64,000 bases of DNA, taken from positions 93,682,001-93,746,000 of the forward strand of contig OX597822.1 in the NCBI GenBank assembly GCA_951406725.2, read 5' to 3'. Shown here in pieces: positions 27,039 through 41,400 of this stretch. The stretch is from Octopus vulgaris (taxonomy: Eukaryota). Numbering within the stretch: position 1 is the stretch's first letter; each line of letters begins with the position of its first letter. A model generated the notes under the pieces. The model saw only the letters and a program-made list of their open reading frames with translations, had not been told where the DNA came from and did no database searches. The translations under genes were made by a program, and so were the position numbers.

Positions 27039-28410
27039 GTCTAAAGGGAAGAGGTGTTCCGATGACGAACGAACACCGATTGGATATCCACGTTCGAATC
27101 TGGTAGAATGTATTAAGAATGAAAAGATCTATTATTGTTTGTGTCCTTTGTTTTCTTGTTATCTTTGTTTGACTGTTAAGATTGGTGTAGATCAGAGATG
27201 TGTAGCATATATCCTGTGGTAATGTTCAGTCACACACCTGGCTCAATTTTGTAAATAATATATTCTATTATCTTCTCATTTTAAAATATTCGGTAAAATA
27301 TGTATCGCTAGTGTACGTTCAGTGTTGGAGACCAATTAAAGTCATGATTAACACCGGTTCCTATTAGTCAAATCAGTGCACCTTAGGGGATCTTTTGCTA
27401 TCTCAACCAATGAAGAAGTTTATGAATCCGAATATCAAGCGATGGGAACTATTTGCCCTGTACTTTACCAATACGCGACGAATCGAACAAGTGCTTTTTT
27501 TTTCTTTCGTTTTAAAATTACGTAGGTGTTCATTCGAACGGATTCTAGTGATATTGAAAGGTTTTACAGTTGAGACAGTGCAATCTTTTTATGAAGCATT
27601 GGTCTTCTCAAATACTGTATGTATTCATATGGACGATTTCCGACCCCCGTTATCAGGCTTATCATTCAAGCTGACTGTATCCGGCCCTCTCAGTATATCA
27701 TATATTGATATAAATCATTGATTCTCAACCGGGGTCCATACGACGCTTGGGAGTCCACATAAGATACCGTTGTCAAAATTTATGTGCAATAAATTGGTTA
27801 TACACAAAATATTCTAACAATATTTAAATACAATTTCTTTTAATTATACAAATGTAATTGGATGTTTTAGACATCGAATGCCTATGAGGGTCCAACCGAG
27901 TAAAACAGGAATCAAAGGGGCCCATAGGTAAAAACTGGGCTACTGATTTAGAAAACAGCTTATCATGAGAGCAAGTTTTTATTTGTGTCAATAGTGCCTT
28001 ATCTACTTTGCTGGAGATGATCTAATACAGGTGAAATGAGTCTGTAGTGTCGTATATATCTGCAACAGCGTGATAGTCACAACTTTACATTTTCAATGGT
28101 TGTGCATTCCTTCACATTCTTAACACCACCAACCACCTTTTAGTGCATTTAACAATGTACGAGCGATGTATTTGAAAATAAACTCCCAACAGCGATGCTT
28201 TCATCTGCGCATTGTTCATTTAACTAAATTCGTGATGAAACGTCATCAAGGGAAAGCTTAGAAAGAATTAGACAGACAGATAAAGGGTTAACAAAATTAT
28301 ATACAAAAAAGAAGTATAAAATTATAAAACATAAGAAAAACTTTGCACACACACACACACACACACATTTATAGATAGACAGACAGACAGACGGACGGTC
28401 GGACGGACGG

Positions 28411-28460
<50 letters not shown>

Positions 28461-28478
28461 TGATAGATAGATAGATAA

Positions 28479-28517
<39 letters not shown>

Positions 28518-29109
28518 GACAGATAGATGTATTTCCTCTTTAAGGAAACTTGTTACCGCAAAACCCCCACAATCACTACGAAGTCCTTAATGTGAAAGAC
28601 CTAACCATTTTCAATCACTTTTCCCACTTTTTCCACTTTTTCCACTTATCCCCGCCCCGCCCCGCCCCGCACTAATATTTCCAGAATAACCTACCACATA
28701 CTACAAAAAACAAAAAAAATTACAATATTCACCACTTACCCTCCACCCTGTCATCATCCATACCATTTCTAACTGGCCTTTCATCACTAACATTTGCCCG
28801 CCATTGCTGTCATCACCCTCATTATGGGTTGCCCTTCCCTCGTCATCATCACCAACAACAACACTTGCTTTATTTATTTATTCTCCTATGTTATATTTGT
28901 CATTTTTCATCGTATTTTATCTTTTGTTTTTTTTCCTCCCCTCCCCCCTCCCCCTTTATTTTGACATACATAATCACCATTGTCGTCATGGTCGTCATGG
29001 TCGTCGTGTCATCGTCGTCGTCGTCGTCATCTTTGTCCTCATTGCTGTCGTTTCATCATCGTTTTTAGTAGTCCTCATTGACGTCGCTCTTTTATTGCCA
29101 CTTTGCCTC

Positions 29110-29138
29110 TCGATCTACTACTACTACTATATCACTAT

Positions 29139-29171
<33 letters not shown>

Positions 29172-29187
29172 ATCACTACCACCACTG

Positions 29188-29239
<52 letters not shown>

Positions 29240-29420
29240 ATCACTATCACCACCACCACCACTACTACTACATCACTACCACCACCACCACCACTACTAC
29301 TACAACACTACCACCACCGCCACCACCACTACTACTACTACTATATTACTATCACCACCATTACCATCACCACTACTAATACAACCAAAACCACCACAAC
29401 AACTGCCACCACCACCATCA

Positions 29421-29459
<39 letters not shown>

Positions 29460-29562
29460 TATTACTATCACCACCGTTACCATCACCACTACTAATACAA
29501 CCAAAATCACCACAACTGCCACCACCACCACCACCACCACCACCACTACTACTACTACTACC

Positions 29563-29622
<60 letters not shown>
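29110..29622. repeat. (CTA)n/(CCA)n mosaic with an internal duplication
   Basis: CTATATTACTATCACCACC...CTAATACAACCAAAA..ACCACAAC occurs at ~29341 and ~29457. Confidence 0.9.
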
Positions 29623-29624
<2 letters not shown>

Positions 29625-30185
29625 AATTGACCATATGTTTGTGTGGTGGAGTGCAGCGAGACTATTGTAGCGTTAAGGACGTTTCTGGAAGAAACGGAGT
29701 CGCCAAGAACACGACGCCAAAAGAAAAGGAAAAGAAGGAATAATAGGAAGAAAAAGAAAGGAAAGAGGGAAAAGAAAGGAGAAGAGTTATTAAACATAGA
29801 AACAAAAAAAAAAAAAAAAAACAACAATTACAACAAAGTCAACAACAAACAAAACTATTAAGATGAAACCGAAAGGGAGGTGAGGTTAAAAAAACCTACA
29901 AAACAAACAAATCACAAAAAGGAAAGTCAGTTGTGGACGATATTTTTTTAAAATAGCGGTGAGTGAAAAGCGACCATCTTAATTTAATGTGTCAGAAGGT
30001 CCTGATGCAAGCAGGCAAATAGTTAATTAAATTTAGCTGTTGATACTGAAACTGCAAATGAGACGGTTACAAAGTGTGTTGGGGGCACAGCCCCCGAAAG
30101 GCCTTGTCTTCCGGCAAAACAATATAAAATGAATAAATAAATAAATATCAGAAAAATGAAGAAAAATATTAAACTTCCTGTAGAG

Positions 30186-30227
<42 letters not shown>

Positions 30228-30814
30228 TAGATAGATAGATATATATATATAGATAACTTTGAACGATTTTACCGTAAAAACAAAAAAACGTACTCGTGTA
30301 CTAATGTGAAAGTTGTTATACAAACAACTAGCAATGAGAATGCTAATGGAGAAGCCAAAATCTTCAAATCGTGTGAATTTTTGCAAAGTTCAGTGTTAAT
30401 TCGTGTGTTTATTTCCGTTTCTTTATAAAACTAAAAAAAAAAAGTTATGTATTTTTTTAATGTAATTTTTTTTTGAGAACAACTCGGTTTCTTTTTATTT
30501 TTTTTTTACTCATTCCCATCAGCGAAGGGCACATACATACCTCCATATACATACCTATACATACATTTAGAAATCATACACACACACACATACACACTCA
30601 CACTCACACACATACACACACCACACACTTATCTACAGACATATATATATACATATAAAAACACATACATACACACATACATACATACATACATACATAC
30701 ATACATACATACATCATACATACACACATACATATATACATACATACATCATACATGCATGCATGCATGCATGCACGCACGCACGCACACACGCACACAC
30801 ACACACATACACAC

Positions 30815-30846
<32 letters not shown>

Positions 30847-30882
30847 TCACACACACACACATACATACATACATACATACAT

Positions 30883-30921
<39 letters not shown>

Positions 30922-30931
30922 TACTGAAAGA

Positions 30932-31450
30932 ACGAGGACATATTAGCAGAAGCGTATGTGTTAACAGAAAGTTCCAAGATGACGGTAACATTGATAATCA
31001 AGGCAGCCTGTTGTGGACCAACAATCGGATCCCCAACTCTCACTTTGAAGGGTCTGCATTTGCAATTCGGGAACAGGAAACAGTTATCAAATTCCTGATG
31101 CGCAAAGTGGACAGAGACGCGGTAAAAACATCGGAGTGTGATAGCTAATGCAGACTTTATGGAGTTGACACTGAAGATATCTAAATCATAAGCAGTTACG
31201 CCGAAAATTCATCCTGTTATCTAGTAATGATGTTGTGACCATGACACCGTACTATGAGAGTCATTAGAAGGATAATCCTGAGGCCTAAGACATAAGAACC
31301 TTTAGTCTGGTAGAGACCAAAATCACTTAAAATATCAAAGAGTACTAGTGGAATGTCCCTCTGAAAACTTCAATAAAATGCAAATATGATAGACCTGATA
31401 TAATGAAATGAAATGGAGAAGAGAAACTATATACAGCTGTGGAAATCAAT
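30932..31450 (+). mobile_element. R4/Dong C-terminal remnant
   Basis: SHFEGSAFAIREQE...ECDS*CRLYG..TEDI (decayed CCHC) and WNVPLKTSIKCKYDRPDI (RPD endonuclease motif). Confidence 0.7.
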
Positions 31451-31562
31451 TGATAGATTTATTTCAGTATTAATTATTGGCTGCTAAAACATCTGCAGTG
31501 AAGAGGCTGGTATATCAACAATTTGGTTATACTGAAATAAATCAATTTAGAGTCTTTCAGAA

Positions 31563-31607
<45 letters not shown>

Positions 31608-31694
31608 GTCTGTCTGTCTGTCTATCTGTATGTATGTATGTATGTATGTATGTATGTATGTATGTATGTATGTGCTTTTATATGTATATATATA

Positions 31695-31915
31695 TATTTC
31701 TTTACTACCCACAAGGGGCTAAACACAGAGGAGACAAACAAGGACAGACAAAGGGATTAAGTCGATTACATTGACCCCAGTGCGTAACTGGTACTTAATT
31801 TATCGACCCCGGAAGGATGAAAGGCAAAGTCGACCTCGGCGGAATTTGAACTCGGAACGTAACGGCAGACGAAATACGGCAACGCATTTCGCCCGGCGTG
31901 CTAACGTTCCTGCCA
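31695..31915 (-). mobile_element. SINE A inserted in the right arm of an inverted duplication
   Basis: Reverse-complement copy. Confidence 0.88.
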
Positions 31916-33376
31916 GATATATATATATATATGTAGATAAGTGTGTGTTGTCTGTGTGAGTGTGAGTGTGTATGTGTGCATGTGTATGATTTTTATATGT
32001 ATGTATAGGTATGTATATGGAGGTATGTATGCGCCCTTCGCTGAAGGGAATGAGTAAACAAAAAATCATAGAGCTAAAGTTCAGGATAAAAGAAAGCAAC
32101 AGCGCAAAACTGTTAAGAAATTTACAGTAAATCCACCTGGATTAAAAGTTTAGATTTAGAGTCGTAATTATTTGGGCACTAGGGTATGAAATAAATAGCT
32201 TCAGTTCCAATCTTGACAAATTAAGATTCTCAAAATCAGAAAGGAGAAAACTAATTACGAGACTACAGATACAAACTATCAATAGAACTACTGAAATATG
32301 TAAAACTGTCCAAAAGTTTAGTATATAAGCGCAAATTCCCATGTCAAGACATACAACTATGTGTGAGTATACATACATAAAATATACATATCTGCACATG
32401 TACTGACTCCATATATTTGCACATATGCACACATAAATGCACTACACTATATTGCTGTCGAATTTCTAATGACGAAACTTTGAATCTAGTTCAGAAACTG
32501 GCTCTTTCTCCATTGGCAAGAAATCTAGAAATAAAACTACGCGCACGCACACGGACTATCGAAAAATAGCGTTACTCAACACATTTGGTAGGAGTTATTT
32601 AACAGTTTGATTCTGCTCGATACAGCTTAAAGTTTCGTAGGTTCATCAAACGAACCTAACCAACCAGGCTCGAATATATGTTTCGAATTCTCCGTCTACC
32701 AAATTCGCGGGGTATTCGTCATTGAGGGGGTAACTTTAGAAAACACCCAATATGTTGAATCGAACTTGGATCAATGGGATCGAACTTGGTTCAATGTGGT
32801 TTCCGAAATGAATTTCGTGACCACACAACCAGCCACACCTTCACTCCCGATCTAAGATTGAAACCCCGACGTCGTTGGCACGCCAGGAGTTTATTTTCTG
32901 GTCTATCGTGTCCATATTTACTGCTTAGTTCTTGAAAAATACAACTGATCTTACAAGAAGTGTGGGCGTGGCCACGACTTGAAGACCAAGCGAACGAGAA
33001 TATCTTAAAATCCACGATAACAGGCAACATATGTTCGGACTGTGATTCCGCAAAAAGTGGGGCGGGGTTATGGTTTGCTTTTTAAACACAAACATATGTA
33101 AAAGGCCATATATAGTTAGTGAAGAGGTGTAGTCTATGAAAGCAACGCCCAATACGTAGAGCAGAAACAGAACTTAAAGAAACAGTGTGGTGTATTCTGT
33201 CAGCGAGAGTGAAATATTAATTAATGAATACAGGAGTGATACGTGAGGTCGAAATTCATCTGACATTCTCGCCAATCGTTACTGGGCCGACATTTGGTCT
33301 CCCTTCGATAATACAACACATCCATAAGAACTTTTATCTCGGACAATAACCGCAGTAACTTGCATACCGACATTAA

Positions 33377-33407
<31 letters not shown>

Positions 33408-33455
33408 TGTATGTATGTATGTATGTATGTATGTATGTATGTATGTGTGTATGTA

Positions 33456-33486
<31 letters not shown>

Positions 33487-33583
33487 ATGTATGTATGTAT
33501 GTATGTATGTATGTATGTATGTATGTATGTATGTATGTATGTATGTGTGTGTGTATGTATGTATGTATGTATGTATGTATGTA

Positions 33584-33616
<33 letters not shown>

Positions 33617-33676
33617 ATGTATGTATGTATGTATGTATGTATGTATGTATATATATATGTATGTATGTATGTACAT

Positions 33677-33970
33677 ATGGCCTAGTGGTTAAGGTGTTGC
33701 ACTCACGATAGCGACATCGTAGTTTCGATCCCAGACCGGGCGGCGAGTGGCGTTCTTGAGTAAACTATTTCATCTTCCGTTGTTCTGCGACCATTTCGAC
33801 TTCTGATGCGTGGCACAGTCTTGAAACTTGTACAGGCAATGTCAATTTGATGGAGGGAGGGAGCTTATGTGCGTCATAAACATTTGACTACCATAAACAA
33901 GGCATTTGTGCAATTGTTCAGTTAGAAATTGCAGAACCATCAGCCATCATTTAATGACAGGAGAGTCCAA
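33677..33970 (+). mobile_element. Old tRNA-derived SINE
   Basis: TGGCCTAGTGGTTAAGG A-box and GTTTCGATCCC B-box; diverged body. Confidence 0.6.
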
Positions 33971-34142
33971 AATACACATAACCAAATTGTTGATATACCA
34001 GCTTATTCACTGCAGATATTTTAGCAACCAATAATCAATACTGAAATAAATCTATCGCTGACAGCAGCTTAAGATGAACCGAGCCCCGACTATCTATGGT
34101 AATTTTGTCGTGAATTCAACGCATCAGAAACTCTGTGCAGGT

Positions 34143-34208
<66 letters not shown>

Positions 34209-34266
34209 GAGCAAATAATTCAGGAGAAAATATTTGCGAAAATATTGATTCTATCATTATCTAGGG

Positions 34267-34467
34267 CAATGGTTTTCAACCAGGGTTCCGCCAGTACAGT
34301 CCAGGGGTTCCGCAAGAAGTTACAAAACTGCTAAAATCGGCAGTAATTTTTAATTCTCCTGTGCAGATATGTGTGCATAAGACTATTAAATTATTGCACA
34401 GGGGTTCCCCGAGTCAGTGGAATGTTTCCTTGGGGTTCCGCTCCAGCAAAAAGTTTGAAAAGCACTG
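34267..34467. mobile_element. hAT-Charlie MITE (201 bp)
   Basis: CAATGGTTTTCAAC...GTTTGAAAAGCACTG; exact TSD ATCTAGGG; near-identical copy at 55748-55948. Confidence 0.9.
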
Positions 34468-34475
34468 ATCTAGGG

Positions 34476-35036
<561 letters not shown>

Positions 35037-36283
35037 CAGGGGTTGGATAAAAGAATGGAATCACCGAGTATCATAGCATCACAATTTTGAAATATCTATA
35101 AAACCATCAAAAGCTTGTTTATTTTTGTTTTTTCATTTATTATTAGTGTTGCTTAACATGCTTTGCCAAAATTGCTGTTTCTTTTCAGATATCATCATAA
35201 AAAGGTAATCAAAATTCATTAAAATGACAGATTTATCGGACTTTCAAAGCTGTCAAATTGTTGGTGCTCGGATGGCAGGCGCTAGCGTAACGAAAACAGC
35301 CGAAATATTTGGTGTATCCAGAAGTACTGTTTCGAAAGTAATGACGCCCTTTGAGAAAGAGGGAAAAACCTCCTCGTAGAAACAAAATTCCGGAAGGAAA
35401 CCAAAACTCGTCGAACTCTTACGCAAATTGTTAGAGAGGATCACAAAAGTACAGCTCCTAAAATTACTGCAGAGCCTCATGACTACCTCGAAAACCCAGT
35501 TTCCAGAAAGCTGTTCACCGAGAGCTGCACAAAGGCGGGTTTCACGGGAGGGTTGCAATCAGAAAATCACTTCTTTCAAAAACAAACGTTGCAAAGCATT
35601 TAGAGTGGAGTAAAAACCTACAGAATTGGTCCCTAGAGCAGTGGAAGAAGGTTATTTTCTCGGAGAGTCATCTTTTACCTTATTTCCGGCCAACGGCCGA
35701 GTGTACCAGTGGAGACAACCAAAAGAAGCATTTCACCCAGACTGCCTTCTTCCAACTGTTAAACTGGAGGAGAATCTGTAATGATCTGGAGGCTATATCT
35801 TGGAAATCCACTGGCCCAATGGTTTCTCTTCATGGCAGGATTAATAATCAAGACAATTTAAGCATTTTATGTGTTCAAATTCATCCTATGGCCGTGGAAC
35901 TGTATCCAGAGGGAAAGGCAATCTTTCAGGATGATAATGCACCAATTCACACAGCTAAAGTTGTTACTGAATGGCACAAGGAACATTCTAGTGAATTTGA
36001 ACATCTTACCTGGCCACCACAGTCCCCAGATCTCAATATTATTGAACATTTATGGTGCATTTTAGAAAACAAGTAAGGAGTCGATACCCTCCACCATCAT
36101 CACTACAAGAACAGGAGACTGTTTCAGCTGAAGAATGGACAAAAATTCCTTTTGAAATTATTCAAACTTTGTACGAGTCCATACCTTGTAGAATTCAAAA
36201 TGTGATTACTGCCAAAGTCGGCCCTACCCCATATCAAATTTCATTTGTTAGAAATGTTGAAGTGTTTCCATTTTTTCCAACCC

Positions 36284-36286
<3 letters not shown>
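35037..36286 (+). mobile_element. Full-length but inactivated Tc1 (DD34E) transposon
   Basis: TA|CAGGGGTTGGA...TCCAACCCCTG|TA. Transposase starts at ATG 35224 (MTDLSDFQ...GARMAGASVTKTAEIFGVSRSTVSK) and contains FQDDNAPIH and WPPQSPDLNIIEHLW, with stops and frameshifts. Confidence 0.95.
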
Positions 36287-36316
<30 letters not shown>

Positions 36317-36317
<1 letters not shown>

Positions 36318-36708
36318 TAGCAGTATCGCCCGGCGTTGCGCGGGTTTGTAAGGGAAATAACTATATAAGCATTTTTAGAGATGTAAAGTATAATAGCCAT
36401 CTCAATATGGCTAACCACAAAGGGGGGGGTGTTACTGTAGCTTTTTACGTTCTGAGATTTAATAAATTTTTAGAGAGTTACTTTCCTTATATATGCCAAA
36501 AATGCATTAAAAATTGGAAAAATTGATGGTAAATTGTTTTTAAAATCGTAGATTCATCGTAGACGAGCGCTAGTACCCAGAAGGGCTCGATATGAATCAC
36601 GACTATAAGATACCCGGTTTTGGTTAAACTGCACCGCAAAATGTAGGAGTAGTTAGGAATCTAAATTTTAGGAGACAGACAGCACACAACCTCTCTTTTA
36701 TATATAAA
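36317..36708 (-). mobile_element. Non-autonomous Helitron (same family as 8832-9232)
   Basis: CTAG at 36317-36320 with hairpin CCCGGCGTTGCGCGGG, inserted in (TA)n. Confidence 0.88.
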
Positions 36709-36829
36709 TATATATATATATATATATAATATATATCTATAAAAATATAATATATATATTATATATATATATATATACATAATATATAATATATATAATA
36801 TATATAATACATAATATATATATAATATA

Positions 36830-38460
36830 CTAGCATGATGACCCGTCGTTGCCAGGTCATAGTGCTAGTGCATGTATATATGTGTATATATATGTGTACA
36901 TATTACATCTATATATATACAGCTACACATAAAATACAAAATACAAAGTTATATCTTGATATCGCTAGTGATAACAATACTCAAAATATATAACAGACTG
37001 GAATTGTAGGGCCGTCTCTTGCAATTTCGATCAATTGCATCTTTTCCTCCCTCTTATATAGAAGTGTGGCTACAATCCAGCCTACCTCTACTTCTGGGGA
37101 GACATTTTAAATTTTTATCAGGGACGTCCTACGTCCCAGATATAAAGGTATAAATAAGATATTTCCTCTTTGCAAGTTCGAGTCGAGTACTCCCTTGACT
37201 CGAACCTTGCTTCTATTGTGGCGAATTTACCGCCTCTGGTTAGATATCTTTCATAGTCGCACCAAGACACTTTTCGATGGTGCTTTCCTCCAGGTGTTCA
37301 AATCTTTTTTTTTCTCTACATTGTATACTTTATAGACAATAGTCTTTTCTTTAATTTAATTTTTTATTTCGTTTGGTGGTGTTATCCTAGATTCACCGTC
37401 TTTGTCGGTGATCAATCCGAAATAGGTTTGTATTTCTTCCATTTTAATTTTAATGAGTTCGCGCCCGCCGACTGCTGCAGTGAAATTCATTTTTGGACTT
37501 TCTTCTATTGAAGGCATTCTAACAAAAATGCTTCCGTATAAACGGTGAAAATATTGTCAATTTCCCCAAACAGGGACACAACTCAATTTTTAAACAATAA
37601 CCAAAGCTCCTTCTCTCAAAGGGGGAGGGTTACACTTTACAATTATTTAACAAATGCAACACAACAACGTTTCCCTTACGAGGAACCAACAAACGTGTTA
37701 ACACTAGTTAAACAGTAATAATAATAACAACAAACCTTACGGTGAATTAAAAAGCACTACGCAGCTGAAGCTATAGTCCTTTATGTATAAGAAATAAACC
37801 AACAGCAGTACTCAGTAGAAGCGGTTGTTCGAGAAAACAGACATTATATACAGCCAAACTTCATATAGATACTTAATGCTAGCTAATTTGCAGATAATCT
37901 AATGTAAAAGCCGTGGTAAACGGTATGTGCACAGCTCCATCTGGACTATTCCATTTCTGCACACTAATTTTATTTTAAATTTATTTCCATTCATGTGAAA
38001 CCACTTATTCAAGTTCAAGTCATTGATGCAATTTTATACCAATTGCTATTTTTACTTTTGTTATGTTACGATTATATTATACTTTAGTTTGATTTTAATT
38101 ATTACTTACTACGAATAATTCAATTGTTATTATTATCTCTAATTTTCATTGTTAAAGTGAAAGTATCTGACATAAAATAGAGAAATGTTTTTGTTTCACT
38201 TTTAACACGTAATACTGAAATAGTGGAGAAGATATGATATTGCTATGGGCTCGCCCTAGGCAAGATGTTGAACATTTTTGTGCCCATGAAACTACATGGA
38301 CCCTTAGGCATGTGTAAAATTTGAATGAAATTGGTTGTGTAGTTCTCAAGTTTTAGTGAATCGTAGTGGAGAAGATATGAAATTGCTGTGGGCTCGCCCT
38401 AGGCAAAAAGTTAAAAAACTTTTTTGCCGATGACACTCCCCGGACCCTAAGGCTATGTAA
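36830..38460 (-). mobile_element. Second Helitron family: 3' end and internal sequence, carrying a LINE ORF1 fragment
   Basis: A|CTAG at 36830 with hairpin ATGACC-CGTCGTTGCCA-GGTCAT; Helitron-like subterminal motif CATGTGTAAAATTTGAATGAAATTGGTTG at ~38309-38340. Confidence 0.6.
36990..37700 (-). mobile_element. Tx1/L1-type ORF1 5' fragment
   Basis: Minus-strand decayed ORF: MPSIEESPKMNFTAAVGG...KTIVYKVYN...TRGGKFATIEARF...PLYLGRRTSLIK...PEVEVGWIVATLL. Confidence 0.55.
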
Positions 38461-41400
38461 GCCCTGGGCCTATATAGTGTATATAGGGACAGGGGCCTCT
38501 ATAGGCTAAATACGCTTTCATATATTGTATATAGGCACCCTGTGGGTATATACACTATAGGCCCTCAGGGCCTATACACATTTTATAGGCCCCTGGGCCT
38601 ATTTATAAACTATATAGGAACCTGGGCCTGTATAGTGTATATAGGGACAAGGGCCTGTATGGACTTGTCCCCCTGGTCCAATATACACTATAGGCCGCCT
38701 GGGCCTGTATACATTATATAGACTTCTGAGTCTATATACACTATATAGGACCTTGGGCATACATAAACTTTATAGGGCCTGGGCCTATATACACTATATA
38801 GTGTATATTGGGCCAGGTGCCAGTATAGCTTATATAGGCCCACCAGGGCCTATATTGACTGAGCCTGTATAGCCTCTGAAGAAAAACTGAGACTATATTG
38901 TAACTTCTGCACTTGTATAGGATTTGGATGAAAATTTTCAAAATATTTTCAGTTGATTTCCTTGAAATTTCTGAAAAACTTTTCAAAGGAATTTGATGAA
39001 AAATTGCCTATTTAGGTTCTTTAGCCCATCCTCCCCGTACTATATAACCTATATAGGCCCAGGTTCCTATACAATCTATATCGGCCCCTACTCGGCCTAT
39101 ATAGTCTATATTGCAAACCCATGGGTATAAATAGCTTATATAGTCTCCTAAGCAGATTCTAGTATCACCTGGGCCTATATTGCAACTTCTGCACCTGTAT
39201 AGGATTTTGTTGAATATTTTGAAAACTTTTCAAAGAATTTGATGAAAATTTTGAAAAACATTTCAACTGAATTTGATGAAAATTTTCAAAACCTTCCAAA
39301 TGTTCCATGAATATTGTGAAAAAATATTCAGAACAGTTTGAAGAAAATTTTGATAAAACTTTTCACTGTTTCACGACATCTTTTTCAAAATTTTCATTGA
39401 ATTCCTTTAAAGAGTTTGTCAAAATTTTAACCAAAATCCTCTAAAAGATTTGCAAAATTTTCATTAAATTCCTTTGAAAAGTTATTCAAAATCTTCACCA
39501 AATCTCTATAGGGACAGGGGGCTGTATAATCTATATAGGGTCCATGGTCCAATATAGTGTATATAGGCACCCTGGGCCTATATACCCTGTAGGCGCCCTG
39601 GGCCTATACACAATATATAGGTAACTGGGCCTATATACACTACGTATGCCCTTAGCCCTATATACACTATATATAGGCCCCAAAGCCTATATGCACTATA
39701 TAGACTCCACGGTCTATATAGTGTATATAGCGACAAGTGCCATGATATTCTAGGCCCTCTGGTCCAATATACACGATTGGCCCCCTGGGCCTCTGTTGAT
39801 TATATAGGCCACTGAGTCTATATACACTATATACGCCCATAGACCTATATACGCTTTATAGGCCCTGAGCCTATATAGTGTATTTAGTGACAGGGGTCTG
39901 TATAGTCTATATAGTCATCCAGGGCCTGTATGCACCATAGGCCCCTGGACCTATATAGTGTATATAGGGACAAGTGCCTGTATAGTGCTGGTCTCCAGAT
40001 CCACTATACACTATAAGCCCCCTAGGCGTGTATACATTAAAGAGGTCCATGTAGGCTCATTGACCTATATATACTATATAGGCCTCTGGGCCTATGTACA
40101 CAGTGCCTGTATAGCCCATATAGGCCCACAAGGGCCTATATTGACTGAGCCTGTATAGCCTCTGAAAAAAAAACAGGCCCTATATTGCAACTTCTGTACC
40201 TGTGTAGGATTTGGACGAAAATTTTCAAAATATTTTCAATTGATTTCCTTGAAATTACTGGAAAACTTTTCAAATAATTTGAGGAAAAATTGCAAAAATA
40301 TATAGGCCCACGGGCCCTATTTACGCTATTTAGAGCCCTCCCCCCGGTATTATATGACCTCTATAGGGCCAGCGTCCTATGTAATCTATATAGGACGTTT
40401 AAGAAACAGATTGGGTTTCTTTACATTTCTGAAGAAAAAAAGATCCAGATTCCTTTCCTCCTAACCCTCACTAACCGTATAGTCTATATTAGCACCCATG
40501 GTTACAAATAGCTTATATAGTCTCCTAAGCAGACTCTAGGAGCACCTGGGCCACTATTGCAATTTCTACACCTGTATACAATTTTGCTGAAATTCTGAAA
40601 AACATATCAAGGGAATTTGCTGAAAATTTTCAAAATATTCCAAAGTGTTCCATGAAAACTGAAAAAAATTTCAGAAGAGTTTGATGAAAATTTTGATAAA
40701 ACTTTTCAGTGTTTCACGAAATTTTTTTCAAAATTTTCATTGAATTCCTTTGAAAGGATCTATAAAATTTTCCTCAAAACCCTCTAAAACTTTTTCAAAA
40801 TTTTCAACAAAATCCTCTAAATGTTTTTCAAAATTTTCACCAAAAGCCTCTAAAAGTTTTTCAAAATTTTCATCAAAATCCTCTAAGAGTTTTAAAAATT
40901 CTCATCAAATTCCTTTGAAATGTTTTTCAAAATTTTCACGAAAGTCCTCTAAAAGTTTTTTCAAAATTTTCATCAAATTCCTTAGTATGCTTTTTGAACA
41001 TTTTCCTCAAATTCATTTAAAAATATAGTGTATATAGTCCCCAGGGGCCTATACACATTATATAGGCTCCTCGGCCTATATACACTATGTAGGCCACTGG
41101 GCCTATAATGTTTATATATGGTCAGGGGGGCCTAATAGTCCATATACGCCCCTGCTCCAATATAGTGTATATAGGAAACCTGTGCCTATATACATTATAT
41201 AGGCTCCTAGGAATATATACACTATATAGGCGCCTGGGCCAATTTAGTGTATATAGGGAAAAGGGTCTGGATAGTCTACACTATTGGCCACCTTGGGCCT
41301 GTATACATTATATAGGACCCTGAGACTATATACACCATATAGCCCTTGGGCCAATGTAGTGTATTTAGGGAGAGTCCAATAGTCTATATAAGCATCCAGG

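Noticed and set aside
35224-36240. Active Tc1 transposase gene
   Set aside because: In-frame stop near 35377 and several frameshifts.
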